From the NCBI GenBank assembly GCA_963805625.1, contig CAWDVE010000010.1, forward strand, positions 1,536,001 to 1,600,000: a stretch of DNA of 64,000 nucleotides. The letters are read 5' to 3'. The stretch is from an uncultured Candidatus Rokubacteria bacterium. GTDB lineage: Bacteria; Methylomirabilota; Methylomirabilia; Rokubacteriales; DASRDR01. Shown here one piece after another: positions 1-9,670 of the stretch. The position numbers were made by a program, and so were the translations under genes. The notes under the pieces were generated by a model. The model was not told the origin of the DNA. It saw only the letters and a list, made by a program, of their open reading frames with translations, and searched no databases. Each line of letters opens with the position of its first letter. The stretch's first letter is position 1.

Positions 1-1
1 G

Positions 2-1354
2 GGCGGAGGCATCGCCACCGCGGAGACGATGGCCCGCTTTCCCGTGCGCATGATCGAATCCGGACCGGCCGCCGGCGCCCTCATGGCCGCGGCGTACGGC
101 AAGCTCACGGGCCACGCCGACCTCGTCGCCTTCGACATGGGCGGGACGACCGCAAAGCTCTCCCTGATCGCGGGCGGCAGCCCTCAGACCATCCGCGAGT
201 TCGAGCTGCACCGGATCCGGCTCCAGCCCGGGAGCGGCATCCCGATGAACATCCAGGCCATCGACCTGGTCGAGATCGGCGCCGGCGGGGGCTCGATCGC
301 GCGCGTCGAGACCGGCGTCCTGCGCGTCGGCCCTGACTCCGCGGGCGCCGCGCCGGGGCCCATCTGCTACGGCCTCGGCGGGACCGCACCCACGGTCACC
401 GACGCCAACCTCGTCCTCGGCTACCTCAACCCCGACTACTTTCTCGGGGGCCGGATGCGGCTCGACGTCGAGGGAGCTCGCCGGGGCGTCGACGGCCACG
501 TCGCCCGACCGCTCGGCCTCGACGTCGCAGAGGCCGCGTGGGGCATCCACCAGGTGGTGACGACCAACATGGAGCTGGCCACCCGGGTCGTCTCGATCGA
601 GCGCGGGTACGATCCCCGGCGACTCGCGCTTGCGGCCTTCGGCGGCTCGGGCCCCGTCCACGGCTGCCGGCTCGCTCAGGCGCTCGGCATCCCGCGCGTG
701 GTCCTGCCCGCGGCGGCCGGGGTCACCTCGGCCATCGGGCTACTCGCCGCCGAGGTGAGGTTCGACCTCTCCCGCTCGTACGTCCGGCGGCTCGACGCGC
801 TCGACCCGGCGTACCTCGCGCGGATCCTCGCGGAGATGGCCGCTCAGGGCACGACGGTCGTCCGGGAGGCAGGCGTGGGCGGGACGCTCTCGGAGACGCG
901 GTCCGCCGACATGCGCTACGTCGGGCAGGGATACGAGCTGTCGGTCCCGATCCCCGACGGGCCGGTCGACGGCCGGACGGCCGCCGCCCTCCGCGGCGCC
1001 TTCGACCGCGTCTACGCCCATCGGTACGGCTACTCGGACCCGAAGGCGGGCGTCGAGCTCGTCACCGTCGCGGTCACCGTGATCGGCGCCGGGCTCGACG
1101 TCCGCCTTCCCGAGCAGGCTCCGGGCACCCGCGAGGCCGCGGAGGCCCGGAAGCCGGACCGCCCGGTCTACTTCCCGGAGACTCGCGGCTACGTCCGGTG
1201 CGCGATCTACGACCGGGCACGGCTCCCGGTGGGGGCGACGATCGAGGGACCCGCGATCGTCGAGGAGCCCGAGTCCACGACGGTGCTGCCTCCGGGCGCG
1301 AGAGCCGAGATCGACCGCTGGGCCAACTTGATCGTGGACTTCGGAGGCGGCTGA
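2..1354 (+). CDS. Hydantoinase/oxoprolinase subunit A (5'-partial)
   Basis: Motifs ESGPAAG, DMGGTT, IGAGGGS, SAGAAPGP, PTVTDAN and DMRYVGQGYEL; frame is open to the window edge. Confidence 0.93.
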   Translation, partial: GGGIATAETMARFPVRMIESGPAAGALMAAAYGKLTGHADLVAFDMGGTTAKLSLIAGGSPQTIREFELHRIRLQPGSGIPMNIQAIDLVEIGAGGGSIARVETGVLRVGPDSAGAAPGPICYGLGGTAPTVTDANLVLGYLNPDYFLGGRMRLDVEGARRGVDGHVARPLGLDVAEAAWGIHQVVTTNMELATRVVSIERGYDPRRLALAAFGGSGPVHGCRLAQALGIPRVVLPAAAGVTSAIGLLAAEVRFDLSRSYVRRLDALDPAYLARILAEMAAQGTTVVREAGVGGTLSETRSADMRYVGQGYELSVPIPDGPVDGRTAAALRGAFDRVYAHRYGYSDPKAGVELVTVAVTVIGAGLDVRLPEQAPGTREAAEARKPDRPVYFPETRGYVRCAIYDRARLPVGATIEGPAIVEEPESTTVLPPGARAEIDRWANLIVDFGGG

Positions 1355-1386
1355 ATGACGACCCGACGCACCCTGGGGCGGAAGCC

Positions 1387-3174
1387 ATGAGCGACGGGCC
1401 GGCTCCGCGGATCGATCCGATCACCCTCAGCGTCATCTGGGGGTCGCTCCAGTCGATCACAGTCGAGGTGGGCACTACCGTGCACCGGACGGCCCACTCC
1501 CAGCAGGCGCGCGAGGGCCAAGACTTCTCCGTGTGCCTCTTCGACCCCGAGGGCCGCATGGTAGCCCAGGGGCCCTACAGCCCGGGGCACATGGGAGCCA
1601 TGTCGTTCGCCGCCAAGAACGCGGTCCAGGCGTTCCCGGGTGACCGGCTCCGACCGGGGGACGTGGTGCTCTTCAACAGCCCGTTCCTCGGCTCCGGGCA
1701 CTTCCCCGACTTCTTCATGATCCAGCCTGCCTTCACCGACGACGGGCGGCTCATCGGCTTCGTCGCCAACATCCTCCACCACACCGACGTGGGCGGCATG
1801 CGGCCCGGCAGCCAGGCCGTCGAGGGCGTGTTCGACTACTTCCAGGAGGGCCTCCACATCCCGCCGGTGAAGCCCTGGAAGGGCGGCGAGGAGCAGGAGG
1901 ACATCCTCGCGATCATCCTCGCGAACACGCGCATGGCGGAGTCGATGCTGGGCGACCTCCGCGCCCAGCGAAACTCGCTGCGGGTGGGCGAGCTCCGGAT
2001 GATCGAGCTCGCGCGCCGGTACGGTCACGAGACTGTCCAGGCGGCGATGGCCGAGATCATGGACCGGACCGAGACCAAGGTGCGCGAGGCGATCCGGACG
2101 ATCCCGAACGGGACGTACGCGTTCGAGGACCACATGGACGACTCGGGGCCGGGCACCCCGCCGATGCGCCTGGCCGTGACGGTCACCGTCCGCGACGACG
2201 ACATCCTGATCGACTTCGACGGCACGGGGCCCCAGACCGAGTCAGGAATGAACTCGTACGTCAACTACACACGCTCGTACTGCTACGCCGCGGTGAAGTG
2301 CCTGACCGATCCCGACGGTCCGCAGAACGACGGCGCCTTCCGGCCCGTGCGGATCGAGGCGCCGCTCGGCTCCTTCCTCAACCCGCGCCCGCCGGCGGGG
2401 GGCGGCCCGCGGGCCGTCTTCTGCTACCGGATCTTCGACGCGGTCATCGGGGCGCTCGCCCCTGCCCTGCCCGACCGGGTCACCGCGGCCGGGTCCCACT
2501 TCGCGAACCCGACGTGCGGCGGCTTCGATCCGCGGCGAAACCGCCGGACGGTCGTCTACGAGCTGATCCTCTCTGGAACCGCGGCCCGGTCCGACCGGGA
2601 CGGCTGCGAGGCCATGTCGATGGCGTTCAATGCCTCGAACATCCCGGTGGAGTCCCAGGAAGCAAACCAGCCTGTCCTCATCGAGCGGTTCGAGCTGATC
2701 CGGGACTCCGCCGGCGCGGGGCGCTTCCGGGGCGGGACCGGAATCCGGCGGGACCTCCGGTTCTTTCTCGAAGGGGGCCGGCTCACCAACAACACCGAGC
2801 GGCACCGCTTCGGGCCGTGGGGCCTCTTCGGCGGGCAGCCGGGCCAGCCCGGCGTCACGCTGGTGAACCCGGGAACGCCCGCGGAGCGCCGCGTCCACTC
2901 CAAGGCCTCCGAGACCGTCGAGCACGGCGACGTCGTCTCGTTCCAGCAGTCCGGGGCCGGCGGGTACGGTCCACCCTGGGAGCGCGATCCGCAGACGGTG
3001 CTCCGCGACGTCCTCGAAGACTACGTGTCGCTCGAGGGCGCGCGACGGGACTACGGTGTCGTCATCGACGCCGCGAGCATGACCGTCGACGGAAGGGCGA
3101 CGGTGGCCGCCCGGACCGTCATGCGCCGACCCGGTCCGCTCCCCACCGTCACCCGCCGGGGGCCGCTGTGGTGA
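1387..3174 (+). CDS. Hydantoinase B/oxoprolinase family protein
   Basis: C-terminal part of ORF 538..3174 from MSDGPAPRIDPITL; motifs HHTDVGG, QEGLHIPP, DSAGAGRFRGG, GAGGYG. Confidence 0.93.
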   Translation: MSDGPAPRIDPITLSVIWGSLQSITVEVGTTVHRTAHSQQAREGQDFSVCLFDPEGRMVAQGPYSPGHMGAMSFAAKNAVQAFPGDRLRPGDVVLFNSPFLGSGHFPDFFMIQPAFTDDGRLIGFVANILHHTDVGGMRPGSQAVEGVFDYFQEGLHIPPVKPWKGGEEQEDILAIILANTRMAESMLGDLRAQRNSLRVGELRMIELARRYGHETVQAAMAEIMDRTETKVREAIRTIPNGTYAFEDHMDDSGPGTPPMRLAVTVTVRDDDILIDFDGTGPQTESGMNSYVNYTRSYCYAAVKCLTDPDGPQNDGAFRPVRIEAPLGSFLNPRPPAGGGPRAVFCYRIFDAVIGALAPALPDRVTAAGSHFANPTCGGFDPRRNRRTVVYELILSGTAARSDRDGCEAMSMAFNASNIPVESQEANQPVLIERFELIRDSAGAGRFRGGTGIRRDLRFFLEGGRLTNNTERHRFGPWGLFGGQPGQPGVTLVNPGTPAERRVHSKASETVEHGDVVSFQQSGAGGYGPPWERDPQTVLRDVLEDYVSLEGARRDYGVVIDAASMTVDGRATVAARTVMRRPGPLPTVTRRGPLW

Positions 3175-3236
3175 CGTGGTGGCAGAGGTCGTGACCCCAT
3201 GGTTCAATGGCCGTGATGCCTGCGTGGAGGTGGACC

Positions 3237-3608
3237 ATGACCCGACCGACGATCCTCGGCACGATCCGGCCCGCGGCCGGGCTTGCTCTCGTACTGACGC
3301 TTGCCACTGCCGCCGTCGCGCACCACGGGTGGAGCGGGTATGACGTCACCAAGCCCCTGACGGTCACCGGGACGATCAAGGAAGCCGGCTACGAGCACCC
3401 GCACGGCTTCGTACGCCTGCAGTCGCCCGACAAGGCGTGGGTGGTGACCCTGGCGCCCCCGTCGCGGATGGAGAACCGGGGGCTCCCGGCGGCGACGCTC
3501 AAGCCGGGCACGACGGCGACGGTGATGGGCTATGCCAGCCGGACCAACCTGGACGAGATGCGCGCGGAGTGGATCGCGATCGACGGCAAGACCACCCAGT
3601 TGCGCTAG
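3237..3608 (+). CDS. Exported protein, DUF6152-like
   Basis: GGAGG RBS; signal peptide followed by AHHGWSGYD...HPH, typical of this family. Confidence 0.75.
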   Translation: MTRPTILGTIRPAAGLALVLTLATAAVAHHGWSGYDVTKPLTVTGTIKEAGYEHPHGFVRLQSPDKAWVVTLAPPSRMENRGLPAATLKPGTTATVMGYASRTNLDEMRAEWIAIDGKTTQLR

Positions 3609-3636
3609 TGCGTACGTCGGCAACCGGCGCGCGCTA

Positions 3637-4131
3637 GTGCATCCGCCCGAGGGCCCGGCCTGGCTGGTCGCGCTCGAGACGAGCGGATTCGCCCAGGCCA
3701 TGCGGCACTGGCTCTGGCTCTATCCGGTCGTCGAGATCATGCACATCCTGGGTTTCGTCCTGCTGGTGGGCGCAGCGGTGATGTTCGACCTGCGCCTCCT
3801 CGGGGTCTCGGCCCGCATCCCGGTCTCTGACCTGGCCCGCCATCTGCTCCCGTGGTCCCGGATCGGGCTCTTGCTGGTCGCGTCGTCGGGACTCGCCATG
3901 TTCTCGGCACACGCGACCGAGTGGATCGCCAATCCGGCGTTCTGGGTCAAGCTGTCCCTGATCGCACTGGCCGGGCTCAATGCCTGGGCATTCCACCGGT
4001 TCACGTTCAGGTCGGTCGCGACCTGGGACCGGCGCGCCGCGGCACCGGCCGCCGCGCGGATCTCGGCGATCGCGTCGCTCGCGCTGTGGGTGGGCGTCAT
4101 CACCTGCGGGCGACTGCTCGCCTATCTCTGA
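3637..4131 (+). CDS. 4-TM membrane protein, DUF6644-like
   Basis: WLYPVVEIMHILG...DLRLLG...NPAFWVK...GRLLAY; GTG start inferred. Confidence 0.7.
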   Translation: MHPPEGPAWLVALETSGFAQAMRHWLWLYPVVEIMHILGFVLLVGAAVMFDLRLLGVSARIPVSDLARHLLPWSRIGLLLVASSGLAMFSAHATEWIANPAFWVKLSLIALAGLNAWAFHRFTFRSVATWDRRAAAPAAARISAIASLALWVGVITCGRLLAYL

Positions 4132-4147
4132 CGCCTCCAACGCTCGC

Positions 4148-5041
4148 GTGTCCTCCGCCGAGCTGGTGCTGCTCACCGCGAACGCGGTGTACGGCACCGC
4201 CTACGTCGCGATGCGGCCCGCCGTCGACGTGTTCGGACCCGTCACCCTCGCCTTTCTCCGGCTGGCCATCGCATTCGCCATCGTCGCCCCGCTCGGTCTC
4301 CGGGCGCGCGGCGCGGGGACGGCGTCGCTCCGGGACGCCGATCGCCGCGCCCTCTTCTGGATGGGCTTCACCGGGTTCACGCTGGCGATGGCGCTCACGC
4401 ACTGGGGCCTCGCGTGGTCGACGGCGACCAACGCGGCACTCCTGATCGCCACCGAGCCGATCGCTCTCGTCGTCCTCGCGCCGATCGTGCTCGGCGAGCA
4501 TCTCACCCGGCGGGAAGGCTGGGGCACCGCCCTCGCCCTACTTGGCGCGACCGTCATCGTCGTCAACGGCGTGCCCGGCCTCACCGTCGCGCTCGCGCCG
4601 CACTGGCGCGGGGATCTCCTGCTCCTGCTCTCGGGCGTCTGCTTCGCCGCGTACTCGCTGCTCGGCCGCCCGGTGCTCGCCCGTCACCCGAGCATCCGGG
4701 TCACGGCGTGGTCCTTCCTCTGGGGCGTGGTCACGACGGCGCCGCTCGCCGCCGTCGAATGGCAGGTCGGAGGGCGGTCCCCCTGGACGGCGGCGAGCGT
4801 GGCCGCCGTGCTCTACCTGGGGATCGTGATCACGGGACTCGGGTATCTCGTCTGGAACTGGGCGCTCGAGCGGGTCGCCGCATCGCGCGCGGCGATCTAT
4901 CTGAACGTCCAGCCGCTCGTCGGCGCGCTGCTCGGCGTCGTGTGGCTCGGCGAGCCCCTGTCCGTCTTCACCGTCGCCGGCGGGGCTCTCGTTGTCCTGG
5001 GGCTCTGGCTCGCCGTAATCGGCCGCCCGGTCTCAGGGTGA
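4148..5041 (+). CDS. DMT/EamA family transporter
   Basis: About 10 hydrophobic segments in two EamA-like repeats (TEPI..LAPIVLGE; NVQPLVGALLGVVWLGE). Confidence 0.88.
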   Translation: MSSAELVLLTANAVYGTAYVAMRPAVDVFGPVTLAFLRLAIAFAIVAPLGLRARGAGTASLRDADRRALFWMGFTGFTLAMALTHWGLAWSTATNAALLIATEPIALVVLAPIVLGEHLTRREGWGTALALLGATVIVVNGVPGLTVALAPHWRGDLLLLLSGVCFAAYSLLGRPVLARHPSIRVTAWSFLWGVVTTAPLAAVEWQVGGRSPWTAASVAAVLYLGIVITGLGYLVWNWALERVAASRAAIYLNVQPLVGALLGVVWLGEPLSVFTVAGGALVVLGLWLAVIGRPVSG

Positions 5042-5734
5042 CGCTTCCGGTCCCAGGCGACGGCGCGCCTCGGCGAAGACGGCCTCGAACATCGGCCACG
5101 TGAGCCTTCCCGTCTGCGTGTTCTGACGGCTCGGATGGTAGGTCCCCAGCAAGGCGACGCCCCAGGGCAGATCGACGGCCGCGCCGTGAGCGAATCGGGG
5201 GCGAGGCCGGGGTACGGGCAGCCCGATGGCGGCGGCCGCGCCCAGGTAGGCGTCGAAGCCGATCCGTCCGAGGCCGAGCACGACGCGGACATGCCGCAGC
5301 CTCGGCAGCTCCTCCCGGAGATACCCCGCGCACCGGCGGAGCTCGGGCGGGGCCGGCCGGTTGTCGGGCGGGACGCAGTGGAGCGCCGCCGTGATGTAGG
5401 CCTCGACGAGCCGGAAGCCGTCGCCCCGCTGGTGCGAGGTGGATTGCGTCGCGAAGCCGTGGGCGTGGAGGGCCCGCGCGACCCACTCGCCGCTCCCGCC
5501 CGCCGCGTCGCCGGTGAACATGCGGCCGGTGCGGTTCCCGCCGTGGGCGGCCGGGGCGAGCCCGACCAGGAGGAACCGGGCCGACGCGTCCCCGAGGCTC
5601 GGCACCGGGCGCGCCCAGTAGGTCTCGTCGCGGAATCGCCGCGGCGGAGAGGCCGCCACCGCCTCGCGATACCGCACGAGCCTCGGGCAGCGCCGGCAGG
5701 CAACGATCCGCGCCTGCAGGTCACGCAGCGCCAT
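5033..5734 (-). CDS. Uracil-DNA glycosylase family 5 (UdgB-like)
   Basis: CRRCPRL Fe-S motif, GLAPAAHGGNRTGRMFTGD, YHPSRQNTQTGRL. Confidence 0.92.
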   Translation of the reverse strand: MALRDLQARIVACRRCPRLVRYREAVAASPPRRFRDETYWARPVPSLGDASARFLLVGLAPAAHGGNRTGRMFTGDAAGGSGEWVARALHAHGFATQSTSHQRGDGFRLVEAYITAALHCVPPDNRPAPPELRRCAGYLREELPRLRHVRVVLGLGRIGFDAYLGAAAAIGLPVPRPRPRFAHGAAVDLPWGVALLGTYHPSRQNTQTGRLTWPMFEAVFAEARRRLGPEASP

Positions 5735-5891
5735 CAGACGTCATGATAGACTGCGCGGCGTTCGCACGCTCCGCGGCTCGAACGATCGGCGGCGCGGACG
5801 ATCCAATGCCCAGCATGCCCGACTCGATCCGCCGGCTCGCCTCACCAGCTGCCCCGGATCGCTCGTTCACGCGGAGCGAAGGGAGGCCCTG

Positions 5892-6791
5892 ATGGTGCCG
5901 GCGCTCATCGTCCACGGGGGGGCGGGCGGCGACCCCGACGACAAGCCGCTGTACCGGGAGGCCCTGGGCGAGGCCCTCGCGCGGGGATGGGCGATCCTCC
6001 GCCGCGGCGGCGCGGCGCTGGACGCGATCGAGGCCACCATCCAGGCCATGGAAGACCATCCGCGCCTGAACGCCGGCTATGGCTCGGCCCTGACGGAACG
6101 GGGAACGGTGGAGTGCGACGCATCCATCATGGAAGGCGACGCGCTCCAGGCCGGCGCGGTGGGCGCCGTGAGTGGCGTCCGGAGCGCCATTGGGCTCGCG
6201 CGACGGATCCTCGAGGACGGCCGCCACATCCTCTTCGTCGGCGACGGCGCGCTGGCCTTCGCGCGCGATCAAGGTCTCCCGCTGTGCGCACCGGACGCCC
6301 TCGTGACCGACCGACAGCGACGAAACCTGGCCATGCACCTGGCGGCGCGCCAGGAGGCCGGCGCCCCGCAGGCCTCCGGAGCGGTTGGAGGCACCGTGGG
6401 CGCCGTGGCGATCGATGTCCACGGGCGTATCGTCGCCGGCACCTCGACAGGGGGCTACACGGGCAAGCGGCCCGGCCGCGTCGGGGACTCCGCCCTGATC
6501 GGCGCTGGCACGTACGCCGACAGCCGGCTCGGCGGCGTGTCGACGACGGGGCACGGCGAGGCGTTCATCCGCACGGTACTGGCCAAGACCGCGCTCGACA
6601 TCCTGAGGGAGCTGGACGATCCCCAGCTGGCCGCGGAGGTCTCCCTCGACATCGTCCGGGAGGACGGACGCGGGAACGGCGGGTTGATCCTCATGGACTG
6701 GCGTGGCCGCTTCGCGTACGCCCACTCCACGGTGTTCATGCCGGTCGGCTGGTGCCTGGCGACGGCAACCGAGCCCGTCCTCCCCTTCTAG
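5892..6791 (+). CDS. Isoaspartyl peptidase/L-asparaginase (Ntn hydrolase)
   Basis: IVHGGAG, NAGYGS, GTVGAVA (catalytic Thr), TSTGG, GRVGDS, TGHGE. Confidence 0.92.
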   Translation: MVPALIVHGGAGGDPDDKPLYREALGEALARGWAILRRGGAALDAIEATIQAMEDHPRLNAGYGSALTERGTVECDASIMEGDALQAGAVGAVSGVRSAIGLARRILEDGRHILFVGDGALAFARDQGLPLCAPDALVTDRQRRNLAMHLAARQEAGAPQASGAVGGTVGAVAIDVHGRIVAGTSTGGYTGKRPGRVGDSALIGAGTYADSRLGGVSTTGHGEAFIRTVLAKTALDILRELDDPQLAAEVSLDIVREDGRGNGGLILMDWRGRFAYAHSTVFMPVGWCLATATEPVLPF

Positions 6792-6954
6792 TTATTGAGG
6801 ATTTGATAAGTAGTGGATACAGTCTTGGCACACGGAACGGGGGCGCGTGTCTCCAGCCCAGCGAGGCGCCCAAGCTGCAGTAGTGCCGAGCCGACCCGAT
6901 CCAGCCTCCCGACGGTGACACGCGAGCCGACGACCTACACCGACCGAGCGTTGC

Positions 6955-7119
6955 ATTGGCGACGACGACGGGGTCGTGGTGGTGCCGAGGGAGCAGGTCT
7001 CCGCCGTGGCCGACCGCATCCGCCTGATCCACGAGCGAGAGGAGCAGGTCAAGAAGGCGCTCGCGGCCGGCCAGACGACGGTTGACATCCTGGGGCTCCG
7101 CGCCAAGCTCCCGCAGTAG
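6955..7119 (+). pseudogene. C-terminal remnant of an RraA/HMG-aldolase family gene
   Basis: Reads IGDDDGVVVVPREQVSAVADRIRLIHEREEQVKKALAAGQTTVDILGLRAKLPQ*; in-frame TGA at 6916-6918 and no start codon. Confidence 0.7.
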
Positions 7120-7164
7120 CCGCCCCGCCGGTGCCTCCGGAGCTGGCAGGCCGGGACCGACCGC

Positions 7165-7791
7165 TCAGGCTGGCAGCGCTGCCGCGATTCGCTCGCGAGC
7201 CAGTGCCATCAGGAGGTCGGGCCGAGCCTTGCGATCGGCGTCAGGCGGGAGGGCGGACCCGTCGAGCGGCGCGTGATACGTGACGACGATCCGGCCCGGA
7301 CGCGGGAGACGCCGCTGCGCCGGCCAGGCCTCGAACGCGCCGGCGATCGTGACAGGCACCACCGGGGCCCCGGTGGCGAGCGCGAGCCGGAACGCGCCCG
7401 GGCGGAAGGCTTGAAGCCGCCCGTCGGGCGAGCGGCCGCCCTCGGGAAAGATCACGAGCGGCTCCCCCTGTCGCAGAACCCGCAGCGCTCGGCGGACGGC
7501 CGGGTTGTCTGGCTCCCCCTCCTGGATCGGGAAGGCGCGGGCCCACCGCATCAGCGCCCCCAGTCCCCGGATCCGGAAGAACGGCTCGAGCGCCATGTAG
7601 TGGAGGGTCCGGCGGATCGGAATGGTCACCAGGATAGGATCCATGAACGAGACGTGGTTCGGCGTGATGACGACCGGCCCGCCCCGCGGGACGTGCTCGA
7701 CGCCTTCGAAGCGGATGCGGAAGAGCCCCCGCGCCGTGGCCCACACGCCGGGCCGGCATGCCTCGAGGAACCAGAAAGGAACCGGGCCCAC
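7165..7791 (-). CDS. Lysophospholipid (1-acyl-G3P) acyltransferase, PlsC family
   Basis: NHVSFMD (HX4D) and FPEGGRS motifs; GTG start inferred. Confidence 0.9.
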   Translation of the reverse strand: MGPVPFWFLEACRPGVWATARGLFRIRFEGVEHVPRGGPVVITPNHVSFMDPILVTIPIRRTLHYMALEPFFRIRGLGALMRWARAFPIQEGEPDNPAVRRALRVLRQGEPLVIFPEGGRSPDGRLQAFRPGAFRLALATGAPVVPVTIAGAFEAWPAQRRLPRPGRIVVTYHAPLDGSALPPDADRKARPDLLMALARERIAAALPA

Positions 7792-7820
7792 GCTCTCATC
7801 GTGACACGCCGGCTCGGGCC

Positions 7821-8543
7821 GTGACAACGACGCGCCCGTCCCGTCCGCTGATCGTCGCCCACCGTGGCGCCGCCGCGGTCGCGCCCGAGCACACGATTCC
7901 CGCCTACGAGTCCGCGGTCGCCGCCGGGGCCGATGCCCTGTGGCTCGACGTCCAGGAGACGGCCGACGAGCAGCTCGTCGTCGTCCACGACGTCCGGCTG
8001 GAGCGGACGACGAACGGACGGGGACCGGTGCGGGAGCGCACGGTCCGGGAGCTGAAGCGCCTGGACGCCGGGCGCTGGTTCGGCTGGCGGTTCCGCGGGC
8101 AGCGAATCCAGACGCTGCCGGAGGTGCTCGAGCGGTTTCGCGGCCGGGCCGGGTTCGTCGTGGCGCTCCGAGCCGGCTCGGACGTCTCCCCGGGCATCGA
8201 GGAGCGCGCGCTCGGCCTGCTGAACCTGTACGGGGCGGCGGACCGGACGCTCGTCGCCTCCTACGACCACCACGCCCTTCTCCGCTGCCGCGCCCTCGAC
8301 TGGGAAATCCGCCTCGGAGCACGCTTCGCGGGCCGGCCACTCGCGCCGGCGGCCCTCGCGCCGCCCGGGACCCTCACCACCCTTTGCCTCGACGCGGCGA
8401 TGGCCCTCGAGCGCGACGTGGCCGCCTGCCGCGAAGCGGGGCTGGAGTGCTACTTGACCGGAGTCGCGGGGGCGGCCGACGCCCGCCCTCTCGCAGCCTG
8501 GCAGCCCACCGCCCTGGTCATGGGGTCAGACTTTGACTTCTGA
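7821..8543 (+). CDS. Glycerophosphodiester phosphodiesterase family protein
   Basis: IVAHRG, PEHT, LDVQET.D, VVHD..LERTTNG, IQTLPEVL; some metal ligands look substituted. Confidence 0.85.
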   Translation: MTTTRPSRPLIVAHRGAAAVAPEHTIPAYESAVAAGADALWLDVQETADEQLVVVHDVRLERTTNGRGPVRERTVRELKRLDAGRWFGWRFRGQRIQTLPEVLERFRGRAGFVVALRAGSDVSPGIEERALGLLNLYGAADRTLVASYDHHALLRCRALDWEIRLGARFAGRPLAPAALAPPGTLTTLCLDAAMALERDVAACREAGLECYLTGVAGAADARPLAAWQPTALVMGSDFDF

Positions 8544-8638
8544 ACATCTCCTGGCGGCCTCTGAGCAAGTGGGGTCAGACTTTGATTCCCCGACATCCCA
8601 CCGCGACTCGAAATGTCGGGAAGTCAAAGTCTGACCCC
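8522..8638. repeat. REP-like cluster of three GGGGTCAGACTTTGA units (two direct, one inverted)
   Basis: Units at 8522, 8571 and (inverted) ending 8638; units 2 and 3 form a long palindrome; same unit recurs at 41560. Confidence 0.85.
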
Positions 8639-9547
8639 GTCGAGTGCCGCGCGGATGGCATGACGCTCGGCGTCCGGGATCGGCGTGAGCGGGGGGCGGA
8701 CGTGGGCGGCGGGAATGCGGCCCAGGATCACCAGGGCCTCCTTCATCCGGTTGTGCATGTCGATGAAGGGAGGCGCGTAGAAGACGCGCACGAGTGGGTC
8801 GAGCCGGTCGTTGATCCGCCGCGCCTCCTCGAGGTCGCCCTTCCGGCAGGCGTCGAAGAGATCCGCCTGGAGGTCGGCCACCACGCTCCCCATCCCCGAG
8901 ATCGTGCCGTCGGCCCCCAGGAGGAAGCTCGCCATCAGGGACATCGTGAACGATGACAAGACGGCGACCGGACGGCCGGTGGCGCGGATCGCGCGCAGGT
9001 TCCGCTCGAACGCGACGATGTCGTTCGACCAGTCCTTGACTGCGGCCACCTGCGGGATCTCGCAGAGGCGCGCGAGCGTCTCCGGCGCGTAGCCGATCCC
9101 GGAGGCCGGTGGGTACTCGAAGACGACGATCGGGAGGTCCGCGCCCGCCGCCACCTCGCTCACGTGGCGGATCGCCATGTCGGGCTTGAGCTGGGCCCCC
9201 CACATGAAGTGCGTCGGCGGGAAGAGGAGGATCCCCGCGGCGCCTTCGGCCTTCGCATCCCGGGCGAGACGGACCGCCTCCTGGGTGCCATCGGTGAAGA
9301 CGCCGGCCACGACCGGCAGCGCCCCCCGCACCTCGTCGACCGCGATCGCGAGCGCTCGCCGCCGCTCCTCGCGGTCCAGCGAGGACACCTCGGCGGCGTG
9401 ACCGTTGACGACCAGCCCCGTGACGCCGCGCACCGCGGCGAGCCAGCGGAGGTGCCCGCGGTAGGCGGGCTCGTCGATCGAGAGGTCGGATCGGAATGGC
9501 AGCAGGTTCGCCGGCATCACGCCCTCGAAGCGGAGCGGCTGGCTCAT
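8624..9547 (-). CDS. Dihydrodipicolinate synthase (DapA/NanA) family protein
   Basis: GLVVNGHAAE, PVVAGV, VAAVKDWS (Schiff-base Lys), VRPPL. Confidence 0.88.
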   Translation of the reverse strand: MSQPLRFEGVMPANLLPFRSDLSIDEPAYRGHLRWLAAVRGVTGLVVNGHAAEVSSLDREERRRALAIAVDEVRGALPVVAGVFTDGTQEAVRLARDAKAEGAAGILLFPPTHFMWGAQLKPDMAIRHVSEVAAGADLPIVVFEYPPASGIGYAPETLARLCEIPQVAAVKDWSNDIVAFERNLRAIRATGRPVAVLSSFTMSLMASFLLGADGTISGMGSVVADLQADLFDACRKGDLEEARRINDRLDPLVRVFYAPPFIDMHNRMKEALVILGRIPAAHVRPPLTPIPDAERHAIRAALDGVRL

Positions 9548-9670
9548 CGGATCCTCCTTGGATTCACTCGCGACGCGCCCGTGAGGCGACCAATCTCAGT
9601 CCATCCGGCCGCATCGTCGGCAGTGTCGTCTCCATCTGCCCTGGTTGCGCTGGCCGGCACCGGCCCGGCC

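Noticed and set aside
538-1386. N-terminal 283 aa of ORF 538..3174
   Set aside because: Shadow frame over hydantoinase A; the recognisable hydantoinase B sequence begins at ATG 1387
8522-8638. Possible CRISPR array
   Set aside because: Only three short units, one inverted, with no regular spacers and no cas genes
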